In this document: positions 9,467 to 19,118 of the stretch, piece after piece
Position numbering within the stretch: position 1 is the first letter of the stretch
Layout: every line of letters begins with the position of its first letter
NCBI GenBank assembly: GCA_963665665.1
Contig: OY762428.1
Coordinates: 2,912,001 to 2,976,000 of the forward strand
Reading direction: 5' to 3'
Length of the DNA: 64,000 bases
From: Candidatus Kapaibacterium sp.
Lineage (GTDB): Bacteria; Bacteroidota; Ignavibacteria; Kapaibacteriales; UBA2268
Notes under the pieces: generated by a model
What the model saw: the letters and a program-made list of their open reading frames with translations, nothing else
What the model was told of the DNA's origin: nothing
Database searches by the model: none
Translations under genes and position numbers: made by a program

Positions 9467-10071
9467 TAGCTATTTACCGAAGTAAATCCAACAAAACCTC
9501 TTACAGCCATCCTTCCTATGAAATGCTTGTAATTTCTCTTCCTGATATATACTCCTTCGCCATCATCCTGAGAGCCTTTCCTGCCGGAACTTGTATTGAA
9601 ACCTACAGTCCTAATCCATCCGGCTTTCATAACTTCGATTATCCTCTCAACATGACCACGCCAAACTCTCGGCTTTTTCCAGAAAATCAGGTCATTGACT
9701 TTCGGAAAAGGAAATGTTTTCCTGCCATTCTTCATAGCATGGTTGAACATGGATACGGTTGAGCCTGTTCTTTTAATCGGTATTTCAGATAATGCAAAAC
9801 TCAAATCCTGACAGGCAGAATAAAAACACCAGTACTGGCCTGCCGCACAATAAGGATTACCTTTTCTCAGACCTACAGATTTGAGGTACTGCTCAACCAT
9901 ATATCCGTCATTCCTGCCAGTCCTTTCCTTTACTCCAACCTGGGCAATGGCAGAATCTGCCGACGCCTGAATCAATTCACTCCTGCACGTCATTACATAT
10001 CTTGCAAGCGGAAAAAGCTCGGCAGAGGCCGCTATATGAAGTAATATCAGCAATATTATCTTGTATTTCAT
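9466..10071 (-). CDS. Endolysin, CHAP-like, with signal peptide
   Basis: GVKERTGRNDG..VEQYL..VGL..GNPYCAA (Cys) ... GHVE (His) ... GFNT. Confidence 0.75.
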   Translation of the reverse strand: MKYKIILLILLHIAASAELFPLARYVMTCRSELIQASADSAIAQVGVKERTGRNDGYMVEQYLKSVGLRKGNPYCAAGQYWCFYSACQDLSFALSEIPIKRTGSTVSMFNHAMKNGRKTFPFPKVNDLIFWKKPRVWRGHVERIIEVMKAGWIRTVGFNTSSGRKGSQDDGEGVYIRKRNYKHFIGRMAVRGFVGFTSVNS

Positions 10072-10079
10072 AGTAGCAC

Positions 10080-10424
10080 CTAATTAGCAAACTGAGCGAT
10101 ATATACACCAAGAACAATCAGACCGACAAGAATATGCACTCCAAGGAAAATGTATCCGAGAACGTTTAGGACAGCTCCCTTTTCGGAGGAATTGATCTTG
10201 CCGTCATCTCCTTCCAGCAGGAATTTTGTAAAAGGTATCCGGGTGTAAACATAAAGTGCTATTCCAGACAATGCCAAAGCAGATGCTTCGAGAAATGCTA
10301 TCAGTAGGAATGTCTGAATCTCAGCGCTTCCCGGTTTCAAGAAGAAGTATGCTATGGCTCCGAGTATTATCCAAACAGTGTTTCTGGAAATAAAGTCGAT
10401 TACTGCTTTCAGTTTGTCATTCAT
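10080..10424 (-). CDS. Putative holin
   Basis: 114 aa, three hydrophobic helices, directly upstream of endolysin. Confidence 0.6.
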   Translation of the reverse strand: MNDKLKAVIDFISRNTVWIILGAIAYFFLKPGSAEIQTFLLIAFLEASALALSGIALYVYTRIPFTKFLLEGDDGKINSSEKGAVLNVLGYIFLGVHILVGLIVLGVYIAQFAN

Positions 10425-10435
10425 ATTTTACCTTT

Positions 10436-10726
10436 CTAATATGTACTTACTAAATGTTCGTTGAATCTTTTCTGAAGTTCTGTAAGGATGAGCTTAATGG
10501 CTTCAAGTTCCTTTTTTACCTGGTCATCATAGATGTCAACCCTTTGTTCAAGAAGCTTTACCCGGCGTTCCAGGTCATTGAATTTTTCGACATCTGCCAG
10601 CTTCTTTGAGAATATTTCCTCATTGGCTTTCCTGTTGTCCCTTTTCAGCATAAAATAGAAGGTCAGAAGCCCGATAATCAGGATTCCGAACTGTATGATG
10701 TTATATATCAGATTGCTTGTAGTCAC
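10436..10726 (-). CDS. Single-TM coiled-coil protein (holin/antiholin-like)
   Basis: N-terminal TM plus coiled coil, in lysis cassette. Confidence 0.5.
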   Translation of the reverse strand: MTTSNLIYNIIQFGILIIGLLTFYFMLKRDNRKANEEIFSKKLADVEKFNDLERRVKLLEQRVDIYDDQVKKELEAIKLILTELQKRFNEHLVSTY

Positions 10727-10729
10727 GCC

Positions 10730-11131
10730 CTAATCCCCAATGAAATAAACTGTCGGAAGCATAAATCTCATCTCATAATGCCATTTGTCATCTTCGACAA
10801 AGAGAAACTTCTCAGTCAGAGGATAAAGCTTCATATTCTCAATGTATAGGTCATTCGTCAGGGAATACCGGACCCTGTCCAGAGTTTCATAAGCCCCGAG
10901 ATGAGAACGAAGGTTTCTGACAATGACAATCACATCAATTTCAATCATCCTTGCCTGCTGTTCCAGCCTCGGATTTGTATAGTTTGAGCCTTCATAACTG
11001 ACCAACACTGCTCCGTTGGGATGCAGTAGTTCGTAATCCTTCACATTCTCCGGAAAAGGCTCAACAGCCAGATCGGTAATATCCGCCTGGAGCTTGGCTA
11101 CAATAGCATTTTCTATGTCTTTAATAGTCAC
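10730..11131 (-). CDS. Mu gp37-like tail-completion protein
   Basis: IENAIVAKL...FPE...HPNGAVLVSY.GS...GAYETLDRVR; follows gp36-like gene. Confidence 0.7.
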   Translation of the reverse strand: MTIKDIENAIVAKLQADITDLAVEPFPENVKDYELLHPNGAVLVSYEGSNYTNPRLEQQARMIEIDVIVIVRNLRSHLGAYETLDRVRYSLTNDLYIENMKLYPLTEKFLFVEDDKWHYEMRFMLPTVYFIGD

Positions 11132-11152
11132 TATTCACTTTTCATTTCTTCA

Positions 11153-11185
11153 AACTTTCAACTGTCAACTATCAACTGTCAACTA
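11153..11185. repeat. Heptamer tandem repeat (AACTRTC)n, single arm
   Basis: aactttc-aactgtc-aactatc-aactgtc-aacta. Confidence 0.75.
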
Positions 11186-11601
11186 ATAAAGTTATCCATC
11201 GCTTTCTTTGGTACAACAGGCTCCCTTTCAGAAAAAAGAAAGAATCCCGGCCTTGTTTCAGGAGTCCCTTCATTAAGAGTGATTGTCCCTTTCTGCAGCT
11301 TCTCCAAAGTCGATATGCTGTCCTTGTAAAGATTCTGAATACTGTCGAAGACCTTACCTCTCCGCTTATACAGCTCGTATTTAACTATATCAATACAGGC
11401 TTTTCTCAGGATAGAATGTTCATTCTCAAGAGGTAGATTATACCTTGCCCTCAGAAAGCCATCAATGAAATCTCCTGCATCAGATATATACTTATCAACC
11501 AAAGCTTCATCCACAACATTAGGATCAGCATCATTACTGAGCTGGGCAGTCACCTTCTCGGTTAAATCATCTTTTATATCCTGAATTGTACAGTACATCA
11601 T
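11179..11601 (-). CDS. Mu gp36-like (DUF1320) head-tail adaptor
   Basis: MYCT..D...DA...IDGFLRARYNLPL...C.DI..Y.LY.RR. Confidence 0.8.
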   Translation of the reverse strand: MMYCTIQDIKDDLTEKVTAQLSNDADPNVVDEALVDKYISDAGDFIDGFLRARYNLPLENEHSILRKACIDIVKYELYKRRGKVFDSIQNLYKDSISTLEKLQKGTITLNEGTPETRPGFFLFSEREPVVPKKAMDNFIS

Positions 11602-11630
11602 CCTTCACTAAAAGTATTTTCAAATCTCTT

Positions 11631-11689
11631 TGCTAAGATATTGGGATTTGATGTAGTGTCCTATGCATTGAGTGTGGGTAGAGAGTGAA
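11631..11689 (-). promoter_or_regulatory. Putative late promoter P2
   Basis: TTCACTCTCTACCCACACTCAATGCAT-N5-ACTAC-N12-TATCTTAGCA. Confidence 0.75.
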
Positions 11690-11791
11690 ATTATCAAAAA
11701 ATACGTATTTATACGGATAAAAATACCAAGTTCTTGGTATTGATTTTTTGATTAACATTTGTCACTTTGTAGTTATCAGTTTTTTTAATTC

Positions 11792-12610
11792 TTGAAGGAA
11801 TATAACATGAGACGATTTTTAGCCTTTATAGTATTTGTTTATTTGTTTTCCCCAATAGACAATATTGCTCAAATAATTGACATCAATTATTCTAATTTAA
11901 AAGGGGTAAATGCCATAACTGATACAGTAAAGAAAGAATCAAAAGATATTGAACTTTTGAGTCGTGGTTTTATGGACATTTTTTCTAATGGCAAAATGCA
12001 AAGTACAGCTCAAATATTAAAAATTAATATTGGAGAAAAAGATGGCTTCTATTTTCCTTTCTTTCTATTATTGGGGGCTTCAGGTGATGGTCTTGGTGAA
12101 CAAGAATTGAATGAAAATACAATAGCAAATTTGTTAAACCCATTAGGTGGTATTATTAATGGATCATTTAATGGCAAGAATAATTTATTGTCCTCAGAAT
12201 CTGGGATAACTTCATTAAATTTAGCATATCAAATTTCAGGAAAGTTAATAAATGCTCAAGATTCACTATCAGGAAACTCCAAATTTTTGGGAGTTGGTTA
12301 TGGTAATATAGGTCTCTTTTTTCAAACAGGAGCTTGGGATCCTGATGATGCTGGAAATATGGGAGTCTTTTGGGTTCAAGTAAAAGCCGCAGGTTCATTA
12401 GCTTTTGATAATGCAGTGATTAAAGAAGTCTTTGGAAACTCAGTAATTGATAGTTATTTTATTGGTTATTCCATAGATTTAGGTATTGAAATTGATAAAA
12501 AAATTAATTTGAAAGCTGGAATTTATCAATATTTAAACAGCCAAGATATAATTCTTATGAAAGATCCTGTTTTTAAATTTTCTTTGGATTACAATCTTGA
12601 AAATGATTGA
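11792..12610 (+). CDS. Exported, probable outer-membrane protein (moron, antisense to late genes)
   Basis: Signal peptide (likely ATG 11807), amphipathic beta-strands, near-terminal FSLDYNL; AT-rich. Confidence 0.6.
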   Translation: MKEYNMRRFLAFIVFVYLFSPIDNIAQIIDINYSNLKGVNAITDTVKKESKDIELLSRGFMDIFSNGKMQSTAQILKINIGEKDGFYFPFFLLLGASGDGLGEQELNENTIANLLNPLGGIINGSFNGKNNLLSSESGITSLNLAYQISGKLINAQDSLSGNSKFLGVGYGNIGLFFQTGAWDPDDAGNMGVFWVQVKAAGSLAFDNAVIKEVFGNSVIDSYFIGYSIDLGIEIDKKINLKAGIYQYLNSQDIILMKDPVFKFSLDYNLEND

Positions 12611-12700
12611 TTAATTCAGGATTTATTATTCATAAGTTCATCAAATATTTAAGCGTTTTCCGAAAGTAATTATTTAATAATATTTTTTATTAAGCTTTCT

Positions 12701-12752
12701 TTGCAAACTGCTACTCCAGCAAATGCAAATTGAACTCAATATGAAGTACATT
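12701..12752 (-). pseudogene. Frameshifted relic of the 3' end of a paralogue of gene 8733-9020
   Basis: 43 of 53 positions identical to 8737-8789 with one 1-nt gap; encodes ...HIEF/FAFAGVAVC. Confidence 0.7.
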
Positions 12753-12773
12753 ATTAGGATTTCCAATAATATT

Positions 12774-12804
12774 TTACGCCCCCTAAAACATTAGAGGGCG
12801 TTTC
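12774..12804 (-). terminator. Hairpin terminator after major capsid gene
   Basis: acgccccctaa-aaca-ttagagggcgt. Confidence 0.55.
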
Positions 12805-12807
12805 CAT

Positions 12808-13854
12808 TTATATCACCATAGCCGAAATAACCGCATTAGGTTCATGGATAGTCGGCAATGATTTCTGTTCAACTTTCCAGTCCAAAGCTGTTTTGTCATC
12901 GTTAGTATTAGTTTCCACCAATAGTTCATTCTGATAGATTTTCAGATTGCCGTTCTCGATCCTGTAAATTGGCCCGAAATGAACTTTGAAGCCCAAGGAT
13001 TTACTTGCCACCATGATAGCCTTCTTAGGGTCAATCATATCGGTAGTGACATCATCGGTATCTGTGTATTGCTGGTTATACTCGAAAATATCAATACCCA
13101 TTATCCTGCCGATATAAATACCAGAACGGGTATTCGATTGGGTCATGTCAAGCACGCCGATACGGTTGTTGTTGGTATCCAGTTCCTTCTTGATTGAATC
13201 ATGAGATACAAAGGCATCTGCAGCTTCACTGCCAAGAATCATGATATCAGCGTTGACACCACTTCGTTTCATGATGTCCCTTTTCCATGCCCTGAGTTTC
13301 TTCAAAGGTTTGGCAGTGGCATCGCTCCATTTATCTGCTGCAGCAAGCGTAACAAGATGAACGCCGTCTTCAAACTCGAAATCAACTGAGAATTCAATAT
13401 TATCCTGGCTGACAATAACTTCACCGGTTGAAAGAGCTTCACAAGCCATCTGCTCACGTCTTCGGATAATCCTGTTTTTCAGTTCTTCCAGTTCCTGGAG
13501 GATCATCTGATTTGCAAGCCTTGTCCTTTCTTCAGGGCTCGTCACGTAGATATTGCCGATTGACTTGTAGTTTGCAAGCTCAAGGGCAGTGAAGAGTTTC
13601 TTCTCGAAAGTCCTTGGCAGGGAGATGGTTTTGATTTCCTTGCTCAATTTCTTGATCGGCAAAGCACCTTCATGCTGATTTACGAACTGAGCCAGCTTAT
13701 TTGAGCCTGTGATGATCTCAATGTCGATTTTATCCGCTGCATGGAACTGCCTGTTTTTGAAGAAAGTATTCAAAACGAACGGTTCAATTACCTTCGACCT
13801 GTTAATCGCATTCGTCAGGCTCCGGGATTCAAACATATCAATTAATGCGCTCAT
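12808..13854 (-). CDS. Major capsid protein (lambda gpE-like family)
   Basis: 348 aa, RRREQMACEALSTG motif, follows protease and decoration genes. Confidence 0.85.
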   Translation of the reverse strand: MSALIDMFESRSLTNAINRSKVIEPFVLNTFFKNRQFHAADKIDIEIITGSNKLAQFVNQHEGALPIKKLSKEIKTISLPRTFEKKLFTALELANYKSIGNIYVTSPEERTRLANQMILQELEELKNRIIRRREQMACEALSTGEVIVSQDNIEFSVDFEFEDGVHLVTLAAADKWSDATAKPLKKLRAWKRDIMKRSGVNADIMILGSEAADAFVSHDSIKKELDTNNNRIGVLDMTQSNTRSGIYIGRIMGIDIFEYNQQYTDTDDVTTDMIDPKKAIMVASKSLGFKVHFGPIYRIENGNLKIYQNELLVETNTNDDKTALDWKVEQKSLPTIHEPNAVISAMVI

Positions 13855-14219
13855 GCCTGTTCCTCCTTAATCACTATTGAACCATTGTTGTATACTCCTG
13901 TGGATATTTCCTGTGCCGCTGTCAGGGCTGATTTCAGGAACTCCCCGTGAACGTACATGAAGCCTTTGCCGTCGCTGTCTGTAGCATCCACATTGCAGCC
14001 GAGTATTCCGACTAAGTTTTCTGTTCCATCAACAACTGTATTGTCCCAGATGTAATATTTGCCTGTGGCTGTTTCCTTGCCGAGGCAGGTTCCCCTTGTC
14101 AGGTTCTGACCGGAAGCGATGACAATATTGGTGATCTCCATATTTGGATGGAGACTTGCAGGTATGTCAACCGAAGGATCCATGTCAGCAAGTTTTGTAA
14201 AACCAAGATCGATTCCCAT
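13851..14219 (-). CDS. Head decoration protein (gpD-like)
   Basis: IASGQNLTRGTCLGK...GIL...Y.HGEF...L; between protease and capsid. Confidence 0.75.
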   Translation of the reverse strand: MGIDLGFTKLADMDPSVDIPASLHPNMEITNIVIASGQNLTRGTCLGKETATGKYYIWDNTVVDGTENLVGILGCNVDATDSDGKGFMYVHGEFLKSALTAAQEISTGVYNNGSIVIKEEQA

Positions 14220-15364
14220 TATTTATCTCCTTCGTTTTTGTAGTATTCGTCGATAAATTTATTCTGCTCTTCGAAGCTGTTGACGTTACCGGCTAAGGCT
14301 TTGTCAGCTATCTCTGAAAACTCCACCTGTGTCGGGAATGATTCGATCAGCTTTTTGATTATATCTTCGCCCCTGAGGGTTTTGGTAACTCCGTTCTCTG
14401 AGAATTCAAAGCCCTTGTCATGCCCTCTGGCAGTCTCAAAAGCCAGGCGGACAAGGTTCTTCTGTGCCGGGACTAATCGCCCTGTCTGTGAGCTGAAATA
14501 CTCATTGAATTTCATCTCCCTGTTGTCGTTTTCAAGAGATTCAAGTTTTATCTGCATCTCCTGATACTCCCTTGACTGGGTTAGGTCAATTTTGTTTTTT
14601 CCATCATTTGCTTCAACAAGCTTAGGTGGATTTTCCTCTTTCCTGATGTGCCTGTCTTTGATTTTTTCAAGCTCCTCAGCTGTCTGGTTGGCAATCTCTT
14701 CGTTGAAAGTCTGACCAAGCCATGTAAGGAGGTCTTCGAATAGTTTAGCATAGTTCTCCGGCATACTGCCTCCCTGGAAATTTATTTTTTGTGAATTGTC
14801 TTCTGAAAAATCTTCGGATTTTGAGGGAGAGAAATATATATTTCTTTTCTTTTCCTTTCTTTCCTGATTGTTTTTGTTGCCCTTCTGTTCATCATCCGTT
14901 GAACAGGTGTTCGATTCTGTTCGAGCATTCGTTAAATTCTCTTCAAACATCAGTTCAACAAATGCTTCATCACTGTTGAAATTTGTGTCTTTCAAACCCT
15001 TAACTGCCGGAGGAACTGCTCCCAAATATCCAACGTGGCGGAGCATCATATCCGGGTACAGGGCTATGGAAACTTTCTTGTACTTTCCGTCCTTAATAAG
15101 TTGTTCGAACTCTGGATCAAGCTGATTGAATTTAGCAAGCAACCTTTCGCCATCACGTTTCAATTGCTCAACCCAGGCATAAGCAGGAGAGTTATTCACA
15201 GGATGTCCAATTACTACAGGAGCTTCATGTTTTTCATCAGGAAGCTGATTATTGTATTTTGCTGCAATAGTGTCGAGGTCTTCAATAGTCCAGTCTTTCT
15301 CTTGCCCGCCTGCATCTGTGTGCAGACCGGCTTTAAAGACCTCCTTCCATATATCCTTTGGCAT
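14219..15364 (-). CDS. Mu gpI-like prohead protease/scaffold
   Basis: EVFKAG.H.D...APVVIGHP...PAYAWV...YKKVS...LRHVGYLGAVPPAVKGL; internal SD+ATG at 14764. Confidence 0.85.
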   Translation of the reverse strand: MPKDIWKEVFKAGLHTDAGGQEKDWTIEDLDTIAAKYNNQLPDEKHEAPVVIGHPVNNSPAYAWVEQLKRDGERLLAKFNQLDPEFEQLIKDGKYKKVSIALYPDMMLRHVGYLGAVPPAVKGLKDTNFNSDEAFVELMFEENLTNARTESNTCSTDDEQKGNKNNQERKEKKRNIYFSPSKSEDFSEDNSQKINFQGGSMPENYAKLFEDLLTWLGQTFNEEIANQTAEELEKIKDRHIRKEENPPKLVEANDGKNKIDLTQSREYQEMQIKLESLENDNREMKFNEYFSSQTGRLVPAQKNLVRLAFETARGHDKGFEFSENGVTKTLRGEDIIKKLIESFPTQVEFSEIADKALAGNVNSFEEQNKFIDEYYKNEGDK

Positions 15365-15388
15365 TTTCCACCTTTATAGTTTTACCTC

Positions 15389-15447
15389 TGCAAAGCTATT
15401 TATGGCGGTTGTATTGGGCAATGCACTTAATGTGGGTATGGAGTGAA
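15389..15447 (-). promoter_or_regulatory. Putative late promoter P3 (Mu PI analogue)
   Basis: TTCACTCCATACCCACATTAAGTGCAT-N5-AATAC-N12-TAGCTTTGCA, an exact TAnnTTTG. Confidence 0.75.
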
Positions 15448-15457
15448 GGGAAAATAT

Positions 15458-15489
15458 AAAAAACCGGAATCTATTTTTGAGATTCCGGC
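15458..15489 (-). terminator. Intrinsic terminator after WG-repeat gene
   Basis: Minus strand CCGGAATCT-caaaaat-AGATTCCGG followed by a T run. Confidence 0.7.
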
Positions 15490-15645
15490 CTGTCCTTTTA
15501 TTACTTATTATTAAAATGGATTTGGAGATGGCGGTTTATATATTAATTTTTAAACTATTCTTTATTTAATACCACATTTTTATAAATGTTTTTGACGTTT
15601 TTTATGCTCACCTTTGTTCTAATCATTACAAATTTAGAAGAATTT

Positions 15646-18600
15646 TTACATACAGTTAGGATCTGGCATTTCATCCACATATCCATGAATATCATTTTTA
15701 GAATGAATTTGTATGTAAACGATTGGAATAATAATCCTTCCAGTTTTATCAATAAAGCCGTATTTCCCATCTTTTGCTACTTTTGCCAGTCCTTTATAAA
15801 AATAATCTGCATAGTCATATTCAACAGGTACTAATACTTTGCCGCTTTTATCTATAAAGCCGTATTTCCCATCTTTTGCTACTTTTGCTAGGCCTTCGCT
15901 GAAAGAAGAGACATGATCATATTCAACAGGTACTATTACTTTACCGCTTTTATCTATAAAACCCCACTTATCACCTTTTCTTACTCTTGCAAAACCTTCA
16001 TGGAAAAAAATGCATCCATCATATTCAACAGGTACTATTACTTTTCCGCTTTTATCAATAAAACCGTATTTCCCATCTTTTTCTACTATTGCTAGGCCTT
16101 CGCTGAAAGAAGAGACATAATTATATTCAGGTACTATTACTTTGCCGCTTTTATCTATAAAACCGTATTTCCCATCTTTTTCTACTATTGCTAGGCCTTC
16201 GCTGAAATAAGAGACATAATTATATTCGAAAGGTACTATTACTTTGCCGCTTTTATCTAAAAAGCCGTATTTGCCATCTTTTTCTACTCGTGCAAGACCT
16301 TCGTTAAAAGAATCGACATAATCATATACAAGGGGTATTACTAGTTTACCCCTTTTGTCTATAAACCCATATTTCCCATCTTTAGAAACTTTCGAAAGCC
16401 CATCGCTGAAACCATAGAAAAACTCATTATCATAATCAAGCGACATAATTTCCTTACCGCCTTTATTTATAATAAATCTTTTCCCATCTTTCATAACTTT
16501 AGCGTAGTCATCTTCATAGAAATGAAATTTTTTATCATATATTAATGGAATTACTACTTTACCGTTTTTATCAACCGATCCCCATTTTCCTTTTTTTTGA
16601 ATTTGAATTAAATCACCATCTCTGAAACAAGAGACTTTATTATATTTCAATGGAATGACAAATTTTCCTTTCTTATTAATAAAGCCTAAACTACTTCCGA
16701 CTTCCACTTCTGCAAGACCGTCGCGGAAAAAATCAATCCAATCATATTCGAAAGGTATTACGACTTTACCACTTTTATCAATAAAGCCATATTTCCCATC
16801 TTTTTTTACTCCTGCAAGACCTTCTCTGAACCAATTTGCATCTTCATATTCGAAAGGTATTACGACTTTACCACTTTTATCAATAAAGCCATATTTCCCA
16901 TCTTTTTTTACTCCTGCAAGACCTTCTCTGAACCAATTTGCATCTTCATATTCGAAAGGTATTACGACTTTACCACTTTTATCAATAAAGCCAAATTTTC
17001 CATCTATTCTTACACTTGCAAGACCTTCTCTGAACCAATATGCTTCTTCATATTCAAATGGAATAATTTCCTGACCATTATTTTTAATATCAATATAACC
17101 CCATTTCTCTGATTTTTTTGCTAGAACAATTCCTTCTGAAAGTGAATTGTATTCTATTCTTTCGTATTCAGGTGGAACTATTGTTTTCCCAGTTCTATCA
17201 ATAAGTCCTCTACCTCCATTTGTTTTTCCTACTTCAAAATATTCATTATATGATCCAGTAATTGAACGATATTTAAAATCAACAACTACTTCACCTAAGC
17301 TGTCAATTATTCCATCATACCCTTTTGTATCTGTTACATGTGCCAAACCATTATGATAATTAAAGGCATTAATATATATAAATGGAATTACGACTTCTCC
17401 TTTTTTATTAATATATCCATACTTTCCATCCTTTTTGACATATGCTAATCCTTCAGAGAAATTTCCCACTGAAGATTTATCATATATAGGTTTATATTTA
17501 GATTCATAAATATCATATTTAATAGGAATGACGACTTTTCCAGTAGAATCTATATATCCGGTTTTACCGTATTTTTCAACCCTAACCAGCCCTTCGTTGT
17601 AGTTACCAATAAAATCATAGTCTAATGGAAAAACTACAGCTCCCGAGGTATCTATATATTTCCATACTCCTTCTTCTTTAACTCTTGCAATGCCTTCTTG
17701 AAAATCACTCACTTCTTCATACTTAGTGGCAATTACACCTTTCCCTGTTGTGTCTATAAACCCCCACCCATTCAAATAACCGCCTTTTGCATGTTTTACT
17801 TTAGCAAAACCATTTTTAAAATTATTAATAATTTCATATTCGACAGGTAATACTTCTTCACCTTTGTTATTTATTATCCCATATCGATAACAACGACCTT
17901 GACAACATATACCTTGAACCCTTGCTAATTTTTGATTTAAAAATTCAATGTTAGAGTAATCAAAACTAAATAACTCATCACCGCTTTTATCAATGAAAGT
18001 CTTTTTTCCACCTATTATTACCTGGGCGATCCCATCACTGAAATCTCCAGCTTCGTCATAATCAAAAGGTATTACAACATTGCCACTCTTGTCAATAAAT
18101 CCACACTTTCCATTTTTTCTCACCTTGGCAAGTTCTTCTGAAAAGTTAAAAGGATAGTCATAAGGGATATAAACCCCGAGAGATTCCAAATTAATAACAA
18201 TATTCCCACTTTTATCTATAAAGCCGTATTTCTCATCCTTATTTACTGCTGCAAGACCTTCATGAAAATTCTCAGCCCTGTCATACTCAAACGGAATGAC
18301 TATTTTACCGGTTTTATCTATAAAGCCATATTTATTTCCTTTACGTACTCGTACAAGATTATCTGAAAATTCCCAAACTGCAGCATATTCAGAATAGAAA
18401 ATGATTTTTCCGTTTTTGTCAATAAAGCCCCACTTATCATCTTTTTTTACTTTTGCCATTCCATTTTTGAAATCATGAGCTCTTTCAAATTCATAAGGAA
18501 TTACTTCATTGCCGCTCTTGTCAATAAAGCCATACTTCCCATCTTTTTCTATAGCAGCTAAATCTTCTGAAAAATCATTGCTTTTATAAAATTTGAAAGA

Positions 18601-19050
18601 TATTAACAACTTTCCTTTTTTATCTATGTATCCTGACTCTTTATTATTATAAACTCTTGCGAGTCCACAACTAAAATCTCTTGCCTCAGTGTATTTTATT
18701 GGAATTACTACTTTGCCGCTTCTATCTATAAAGCCGTAATCACGATCTTTTTTCACTAATGCAAGTTCATCGCTGAAAGATCCGGCCTTATCATATTCTA
18801 AGGGAACAACAATTTCTCCATCATTATTAATAAAGCCCCATTTCCCATTACTACTTACTCTCGCAAGCCCTGAATGAAAATCACCCACAAATTCGAATTC
18901 TTCTCTAAAAGTAAGAAAGACATCTCCATCTTTATCAAGAAAATGGAATTGCCCTTTTCCATCATTTGCAATAAAAGCAATATCTTTATTATTATCACAT
19001 GCAGAGATTAGTATTATCATAAAACTTAAAATAATTGAAATTCTGGTCAT
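15646..19050 (-). CDS. WG-repeat (KWG) lipoprotein (moron)
   Basis: Lipobox-like ISAC; about 30 repeats of FSEGLA.V.KDGKYGFIDK.G.VVIP..Y. Confidence 0.9.
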   Translation of the reverse strand: MTRISIILSFMIILISACDNNKDIAFIANDGKGQFHFLDKDGDVFLTFREEFEFVGDFHSGLARVSSNGKWGFINNDGEIVVPLEYDKAGSFSDELALVKKDRDYGFIDRSGKVVIPIKYTEARDFSCGLARVYNNKESGYIDKKGKLLISFKFYKSNDFSEDLAAIEKDGKYGFIDKSGNEVIPYEFERAHDFKNGMAKVKKDDKWGFIDKNGKIIFYSEYAAVWEFSDNLVRVRKGNKYGFIDKTGKIVIPFEYDRAENFHEGLAAVNKDEKYGFIDKSGNIVINLESLGVYIPYDYPFNFSEELAKVRKNGKCGFIDKSGNVVIPFDYDEAGDFSDGIAQVIIGGKKTFIDKSGDELFSFDYSNIEFLNQKLARVQGICCQGRCYRYGIINNKGEEVLPVEYEIINNFKNGFAKVKHAKGGYLNGWGFIDTTGKGVIATKYEEVSDFQEGIARVKEEGVWKYIDTSGAVVFPLDYDFIGNYNEGLVRVEKYGKTGYIDSTGKVVIPIKYDIYESKYKPIYDKSSVGNFSEGLAYVKKDGKYGYINKKGEVVIPFIYINAFNYHNGLAHVTDTKGYDGIIDSLGEVVVDFKYRSITGSYNEYFEVGKTNGGRGLIDRTGKTIVPPEYERIEYNSLSEGIVLAKKSEKWGYIDIKNNGQEIIPFEYEEAYWFREGLASVRIDGKFGFIDKSGKVVIPFEYEDANWFREGLAGVKKDGKYGFIDKSGKVVIPFEYEDANWFREGLAGVKKDGKYGFIDKSGKVVIPFEYDWIDFFRDGLAEVEVGSSLGFINKKGKFVIPLKYNKVSCFRDGDLIQIQKKGKWGSVDKNGKVVIPLIYDKKFHFYEDDYAKVMKDGKRFIINKGGKEIMSLDYDNEFFYGFSDGLSKVSKDGKYGFIDKRGKLVIPLVYDYVDSFNEGLARVEKDGKYGFLDKSGKVIVPFEYNYVSYFSEGLAIVEKDGKYGFIDKSGKVIVPEYNYVSSFSEGLAIVEKDGKYGFIDKSGKVIVPVEYDGCIFFHEGFARVRKGDKWGFIDKSGKVIVPVEYDHVSSFSEGLAKVAKDGKYGFIDKSGKVLVPVEYDYADYFYKGLAKVAKDGKYGFIDKTGRIIIPIVYIQIHSKNDIHGYVDEMPDPNCM
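16742..16992. repeat. Exact 102-bp tandem repeat, about 2.5 copies, inside WG gene
   Basis: tcatattcgaaagg... restarts at 16742, 16844 and 16946. Confidence 0.85.
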
Positions 19051-19118
19051 GATTACCTCAAGGATATTTTCAAAAGTTTTTATTTTCCCTTAATTTACTA
19101 AATATTTGTTAACTCTCA

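Noticed and set aside
15700-17100. CRISPR-like periodic repeats
   Set aside because: In-frame coding WG repeats with no unique spacers and no cas genes
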